Shown one piece after another: positions 58,221-64,000 of a stretch of DNA of 64,000 nt (position 1 is the first letter of the stretch; each line of letters begins with the position of its first letter). Origin of the DNA: Selaginella moellendorffii (taxonomy: Eukaryota; Plantae; Lycopodiophyta). The DNA is taken from assembly GCF_000143415.4 (NCBI RefSeq), contig NW_003314424.1, positions 37,194 through 101,193 of the forward strand. The letters run 5' to 3'. The translations under genes and the position numbers were made by a program. The notes below the pieces were generated by a model. That model was not told where the DNA came from, did no database searches, and saw only the letters and a list, made by a program, of their open reading frames with translations.

Positions 58221-59957
58221 TGTAAGCAACAAAATTTTTCCATTCTACTTTAGTCACTTAACCACACCTCCGACCACTTGGAGGAGTCTCATTCACAACC
58301 TCCATCAGTCCAATTCAGGACTTGGGACTTGCTAGCCCCAGGAATGGCAACCATGCCACTCAACACTTGCACCTGGTCCAAGTGCTCCTCGTGTCCGGTC
58401 CCAAGAACGACACCCAAAGGTACCACTGACATCTCGGCCCGTTACGCTAAGGCCATGCCCATTCACCTTTGCTGCACTAGTGGTCCAATACCACTTGCAT
58501 CACAATCCCGTCTCTCCAAGACTAGGCCATCTGTCCACGAGTGGTCATCCTAGATCCACTCCTTAGCATCCTTAGGATGCCCACAGACCTGGGGAATTGC
58601 CTTCCCCAAAGTCCCTTTGTCAGTTCCTACCAAGTCCCTTTCTACCCCTGGCCGTGTTTGCCAACACTACCACTGGATCGAGGCCCACAGGCCCGACCAC
58701 TAAATCCCACGGTCCTCTGGGACTTCCTCACCACACGACTGTGTCCTTGGTCACTACCCCAGAGGACTGCTCCTCTTCCTTTCCACAGTCTGGGCCTTTG
58801 GGACAACATTTCGGAACACCGTGGCCTTACGCGAGCCACCTGGGTACTCTCCCCGCCTTTCGCCTTTAGGTGCTCTAGCCATGGGCTTAGAGTGAGGTTC
58901 CGTTGAGCCACGCCTGGTATCCAAGTAGGTAGTGCCACCCACACTTGGACTGGGAGCATCGGCCAGTCGATCTCCCGGGGGAACTAGAGCCGACTCTTGA
59001 ACACTTCACCAAGCTACCCCGCTTGTCAGTCCGTATTCACTCTAGTCTTGGACTTCCCAGTGGTCAGTTCCTCACCCAACACTGGGTCTGGCCTTCCTGG
59101 GCCAAACTGGCCTTTCCTGGCCAAACTGGCTCCACTGCAGTCCTCCCCCCTACTATACTTTTGGAGCTCACCAAACCCCCCAGGGTCTGGGAGACGAACG
59201 CTTTGGGCTTTCACCCTCTCAGGCTCCGGACTCGGACTCAGACTCGGACTCGGACTCGGATTCGGATTCGGACTCGGACTCGGGCTCGGGCTCGGTCTCG
59301 GCCTCGGCCTCGGTCTCGGTCTCGGTCCCGATCTCGGTCTCGGTCTTGGTCTCGGTCTCGGTCCCGGTCTCGGTCTCGACTTCGGACTCCATCTCGGACT
59401 CCATCTCGGACTCCATCTCGGACTCCATCTCGGGTCCATCTCGGACTCCATCTCAGACTCCATCTCGGGTCCATCTCGGACTCCATCTCGGACTCCATCT
59501 CGGACTCCATTTCGGGTCCATCTCGGGTCCATCTCGGACTCCATCTCGGACTCCATCTCGGACTCCATCTCGGGTCCATCTCGGACTCCATCTCGGACTC
59601 CATCTCGGACTCCATCTCGGACTCCATCTCGGGTCCATTTCGGGTCCATCTCGGACTCCATCTCGGACTCCATTTCAGGTCCATCTCGGGTCCATCTCGG
59701 ACTCCACTTCGGACTCCAACTCGGACACTCCCACGTGTCATGTGTTGGTCCTTTTGGGTCCCTTTTTGGAGCCTCGCCTTTTGCTCGCTTCGTGCTCATT
59801 CCTCGAGCACTTCGTTGGGAGTTCCACTCCCGCTCTTGACTTTTCAAGTCGGAGCTTTTGGTCCAAACGTGTTATGCTCGTTTGGCTCTCGCTTCGGCCA
59901 CTACCATGTGGCGCCCTTCCGGCTCCACTTTGGGGCCTAGGGATTTTGTGTCTCACA
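58221..59957 (-). mobile_element. Solo LTR of family A inserted near the end of a family B LTR
   Basis: TG...CA termini; TSD GTTGG (58216-58220 and 59958-59962); long 6-bp and 12-bp (GGACTCCATCTC) minisatellite at 59225-59725. Confidence 0.93.
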
Positions 59958-61954
59958 GTTGGTTCCTTATAGAAGTTTCCTCACTAGGGTCCTACTCATG
60001 CAAGGATTCCTCATCCATAACCTCTTGTTTGACCGGAGGCTCCAGCTTTGGCGGGGGTTCTATCTCCGCCTTGGTTCGTTTCCACCCTGCCTTTGCCATC
60101 TCCCAGCAATCTACCTCTATCCTTTGCTAGAACTGAGGAAAATGCTCCGATACCAAATTGTAAGCCACAAAATTTTTCCTTTCTAATTTGCCAGCTTACC
60201 TCATCTATCCAACCAATACTGCCTTGGCTTTTTGCTAAGTTCCCTCGCCAAGGTTCTCACCTATTGTACCAACTCCTACTTGGTCCTACTCGGTTTCAAC
60301 TACTCACTACACAAGCAATGGAGTGTTAGCCATCCATCCACAGATTCCCAAATCTCTCCCAATCCCCCTCCCTAGGTTAGACTGTACATAAGGTTCGGCT
60401 ATACTCCCCGCAGGCACAAGCAGCCAAGCACACCAAGCCTCCAGGTTCCTAACATCTCTTGGTACAACAAGACTTGATCATAGGACCCTCTAAATCCCAA
60501 GGCTTGGGTGCAACACTTGCTTCGGGACACTGGGGCAAAACACCGTGGCCTAACGGCCCGGTATGGGTACCTCTACCCCCTGACTTCCATCCCGAAGGGA
60601 AGGCCTAAGCCCCTAGGAAGGGCGAGGACCAATGAGCCACAAGGTACTCAAGTGGGGCACCACTCCACAAGAGTCGGGAGCACTGCAGTCGGTTTCCCTT
60701 TCATGAGTGGGAGTTGCTCTTGAGCACTTCCCTGGGTGGCCCCTCCGGCACCACCCAAGTCCATGCTCACTCCCACCCAAGGCCCCTCAACCCCAGTCTC
60801 AACCTCAAGTCAGTTTGGAAGCACCACTAGAGAGTTCCTTCAAAACTAGTTCCTGGACCTCACTGTCCCTATTATACTTTTGGAACCCCCTGCACCCCCT
60901 CCCCCCCCCCCCCGGGAGACGCACGCTTTGGGCTTTCACCCCTTGACCCGTATTAGTACTCAGACTCGGTCTCGAACTCGATCTCGGACTGAATCTCGGA
61001 CCCGACTTTGGATTCGGTCTCTGACTCGATCTTGGACTCGATCTTGGACCCGACTTTGGACTCGGTCTCAGACTCGATCTTGGACTCGATCTCGGACCCG
61101 ATCTCAGACTCGACTTCAGACTTGACCTCGGACTCGGTCTCAGACCCGATTTGGATCTTGGACTCTGCCTCGAACTCGGTCTCCGATTCAGCCTTAGACT
61201 CGATCCCGGACTCTATCTCGAAGTTGGTCTCAAAGTTGGTCTTCGACTTGATCTTCGACTCGGTCCCATCCGATGAACTCTTTGTCATTTTGGTCATGCT
61301 TTTAGGGATCCTTTAGCCTACGACACCTCGGGGAGTTGGTTCCTTACAGACTCGAGAGACAATCCATGGGGTTTAAATATAGAGGGAAAAGGGCCCATGA
61401 ACAAGAGTGCACCCCCTTTTCCAATCGGTTAAGGGTCTTGGGATAGTTGGAGTTAAGGGTCCTTGGGTTTGAATAGTGCTTGGTTGGGTGACCTCCCGGG
61501 AAGTCCAAACTCAGGAGCTTACACTTAACTGAGCATGCTTCTTTTCAATGAAGGGAATAGTTGTCAAAGTTCAAGATAATCAAGAGAACAAATAGGGTGG
61601 AACGAATAGAAAAAGCAAAACAGTACTCTGCACGCAAGGTGACATACAAGCAAAACAATATACTTTTTTATTTCCTCTATGTGATGTTTGTGACCTTCGT
61701 ATCCAGAATTCCAGGGTGTTGTGGCCCAGGGAATTTAGCTTCAGCTAGAGGCAAGAATGCTTCTGCTATACAACTGTAGTATTGTTCATGTTGGTGCTTC
61801 GCTCATTGGTTTTTTATGCTGTAGGTTTCTCACTACCTAAAAAAAGGAGCATTTCTCGAGCAAGTTGAAGAATGGCTAGATAAAATCTCCACAAGATCAA
61901 GTGATAATCTAGAATTTGATAAACATGTATGTACATTTCTTGCCACCCTCTTAA

Positions 61955-62800
61955 CAAGCTACTCTACGTGATTCTCTTGTCTCAACTAGACCTAGTCTTG
62001 AAGTAGAAGTGGTTGTGGTCATCTCTTATGGATCATGTTGATATCCAAACATAGAACAGAGTGGTTGGAGGGGGGGCACTGCTAGTGGATCTCACCATCA
62101 ACCACTCTGTATAGGAGCCATCTGTTCCTCCACTCTTTTAGTGAACTGGTTTTTACTTGTTCTTTTAGGATGGTGTAATGAAAGTGCATAGTTGCAAGAG
62201 TAAATTTCCACCACAAAGACACTATAGTATCCTCATTTGTTCATCAAAGTGATAGTGGTTATGTGCCTCCCAAAGTGCTTGCACTCTTGTTGCTCTCCAT
62301 ACTGCTTAGTCCTCATAGCCAAACCGACATACCAAATTCAGCTCCTATTACATCCCACCAGATTCGCATTCCACCATGTTGTCCTTGACACCACATATGT
62401 CTCCAAGCCAGACTTGTGGTTGGACCTCTTGCTCCTTTGAACCATTGAGCCACATTACAATCCCAAAGTATGTGTCACATTGTTTCTATCTCTCCACACT
62501 CTTTGCATTGCTAGCATACTTCATTCTGAAAAGGCTGTCCTATTGGCAGCCTATTGTTTGCCACTAACTAAGAGGTAACCATAACCTTCTTTTGCATTGG
62601 TAATTTTTAGAAGGTGAGCATATTTTCCACCACTTGACTTGCTTCAACTCCTTGCTCAATTCACCTCCCCCATAACTTTGGGATCCCCCACGGACCTCCT
62701 CCTTACTTGTTAGGAGACTATCTCACACGTCTTTAACCTCAAACGTGAAAAAGCTCCTTGCTCTTTGTTTCCATACTGTAGGATCCCAGTCTGATGAGAA
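61955..62800 (-). mobile_element. Degenerate L1-type LINE 3' fragment
   Basis: Colinear nucleotide similarity to 44335-45130 (e.g. TACTCTACGTGAT, CTAGTC...AGTAGAAGTGG, GATCATGTTGAT, TGCACTC.TGTTGC). Confidence 0.65.
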
Positions 62801-63506
62801 CTAGTAATAATAGCCACTTTACCAAAGAATAATGTCTGATTTCATTATGTAGGCAAGGTCTAAATGGCAAAATCATATGGTTAGTTTGAAGGATATATAT
62901 CCTTTTTTTGTAAACACAGTCAACATATATTCCCCCTCAAGTAAGATATTGGGATTTTGATTGCTATCAATGCTTATTTGTGCTGGTATAGGATGAAAAG
63001 AGCTTTGATGAATGGAAGCAGCAACTTGAGTACGACAAGACAATATACACATCTAGATAACTACACTAGAAAGGTTCTGCTTTGGATCCATGACAATAGA
63101 AGCCTATAGAACCAGAAACTTTGTCATTTCAAGAGAAAAGTAATAGTTAAATTAATAATACAAGACTACAGCAAAGTCTTGCTATTGCAGGTGAGAATCT
63201 TTTTTTAATAAACCTTTAGAGAAAATGGCCCTAGATGAATTTTGTAGCACTTCTAGGGACATAGTCACTGATAAGATGCTCCATTTGCCAGCTCTGGAGA
63301 GTGGCCTTGTCTCTAACAATGTCGCCAGCAGCTTGGTGATGCTCAAGAAGTGTTTGGGATGAGATCTTCACTATGAACCTCTTTGACTGCAAAGCTGGGA
63401 ATGAGAACAGCCATCTCCAATGTTGTCTTCGACAATGGACTAGTCACATAGCAGATACAGTAGCTATAAAATGGACCCATTTGAGACTTGAGCTCCTTAC
63501 TAGCAG

Positions 63507-63735
63507 TGTTAGGCACCAGCTTTGACCACGTTGTCAACATGGGTCAAAGGGAAACTAAAGGGTATATTAAGGCATGTTAGCGTAAAGAACTTAACCTAGG
63601 GCTCACAGTGGGAGTGGTAGCATAATGGAGCTTTTGAGGTAGTTTGGGGGTGGTTTGGTGGTGAAGAACCTCAAGAAGTGGCATAGTGTAGTCTAAGGAG
63701 ACTAGATCTTTGTATTTTTGCACCGGATTATAACA
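63507..63735 (+). mobile_element. Isolated LTR of the same Gypsy family as 17988-18220
   Basis: Reverse complement of 17988-18220 along its whole length, TG...CA termini; no matching TSD and no adjacent PBS. Confidence 0.85.
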
Positions 63736-64000
63736 TCTTTGTCTTTTTGCGCTGGATCATAACAAACAATGTTGAGCCCTCATTTTGATGTAGATCAGAT
63801 ACCCAACTATCAACCTCCTGGCAAATGGCAAACTTCCCCAGTGATGAGTACCTTGTGAGAACAGATTAATGATCCCTTCATTAAAGAAAATAAAAAGGCT
63901 AAAGTGGTCAATGATATAGAAAAGGGATGGACATGCAGACTGCAATGTTTCTGGCCCAACTTGGCTATGGGGAAGAATGTCTAAAGGGGATTTTAATGTT

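Larger units (their letters stand above)
51182..61348 (-). mobile_element. Three-LTR Gypsy chromovirus complex (family B)
   Basis: TSD GACTC (51177-51181 and 61349-61353). LTRs at 51182-51855, 57073-59971 (interrupted) and 60159-61348. PBS next to 57073 and 60159; PPT 51856-51869. Duplicate gag start at 59972-60150. Confidence 0.93.
50758..61523 (+). mobile_element. Cassandra-like TRIM (195-bp LTRs with 5S rRNA-derived segment); 3' LTR split by nested Gypsy complex
   Basis: 5' LTR 50758-50952; PBS TGGTATCG; 204-bp non-coding interior; PPT GGGAGGCGTGGTGGA; 3' LTR 51157-51181 + 61354-61523; TSD CTTGA/CTTAA. Confidence 0.9.

Noticed and set aside
63507-63735. Clean solo LTR, or the partner LTR of the element at 15487-18220
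   Set aside because: Flanks AGCAG/TCTTT do not form a TSD, and its orientation is opposite to the 17988 LTR.

Overview
Eukaryotic land-plant nuclear DNA. Evidence: TTTAGGG repeats, a PLS-type PPR fragment, 38-60 nt GT-AG introns, Met-tRNA-primed LTR elements. The very short introns suggest a lycophyte such as Selaginella (inference). The window is dominated by transposons. Main signal (1-15 kb): a putative large DNA transposon with two divergent genes. One is an intact 1022-aa Sola/DUF7869-type DDD transposase (+). The other is a 10-exon, >1370-codon accessory gene (-), reconstructed here by splicing, with a ParB/Srx-like N-terminal domain, a possible degenerate methyltransferase fold and a C-terminal FCP1-like HAD phosphatase. 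The unit carries about 18 copies of one 22-bp palindrome (ATGGCRTGWGGCCWCAYGCCAT) in introns, UTRs and in-frame coding repeats, suggesting a parS/VANC-like cis-site plus binding-protein system. Elsewhere: a non-coding LARD-like LTR family; chromovirus and Copia elements; a Cassandra-like TRIM with 5S-derived LTRs at the base of a four-level nest; a covarying RNA structure with two tandem tRNA T-arms shared by autonomous and non-autonomous LTR families; an intact Crinkler-type NTPase+REase gene; pseudogenes (CDKAL1-like, molybdate transporter, PPR); an F-box-like gene; LINE remnants; several short interstitial telomeric repeats. All calls are by eye, with no database searches.
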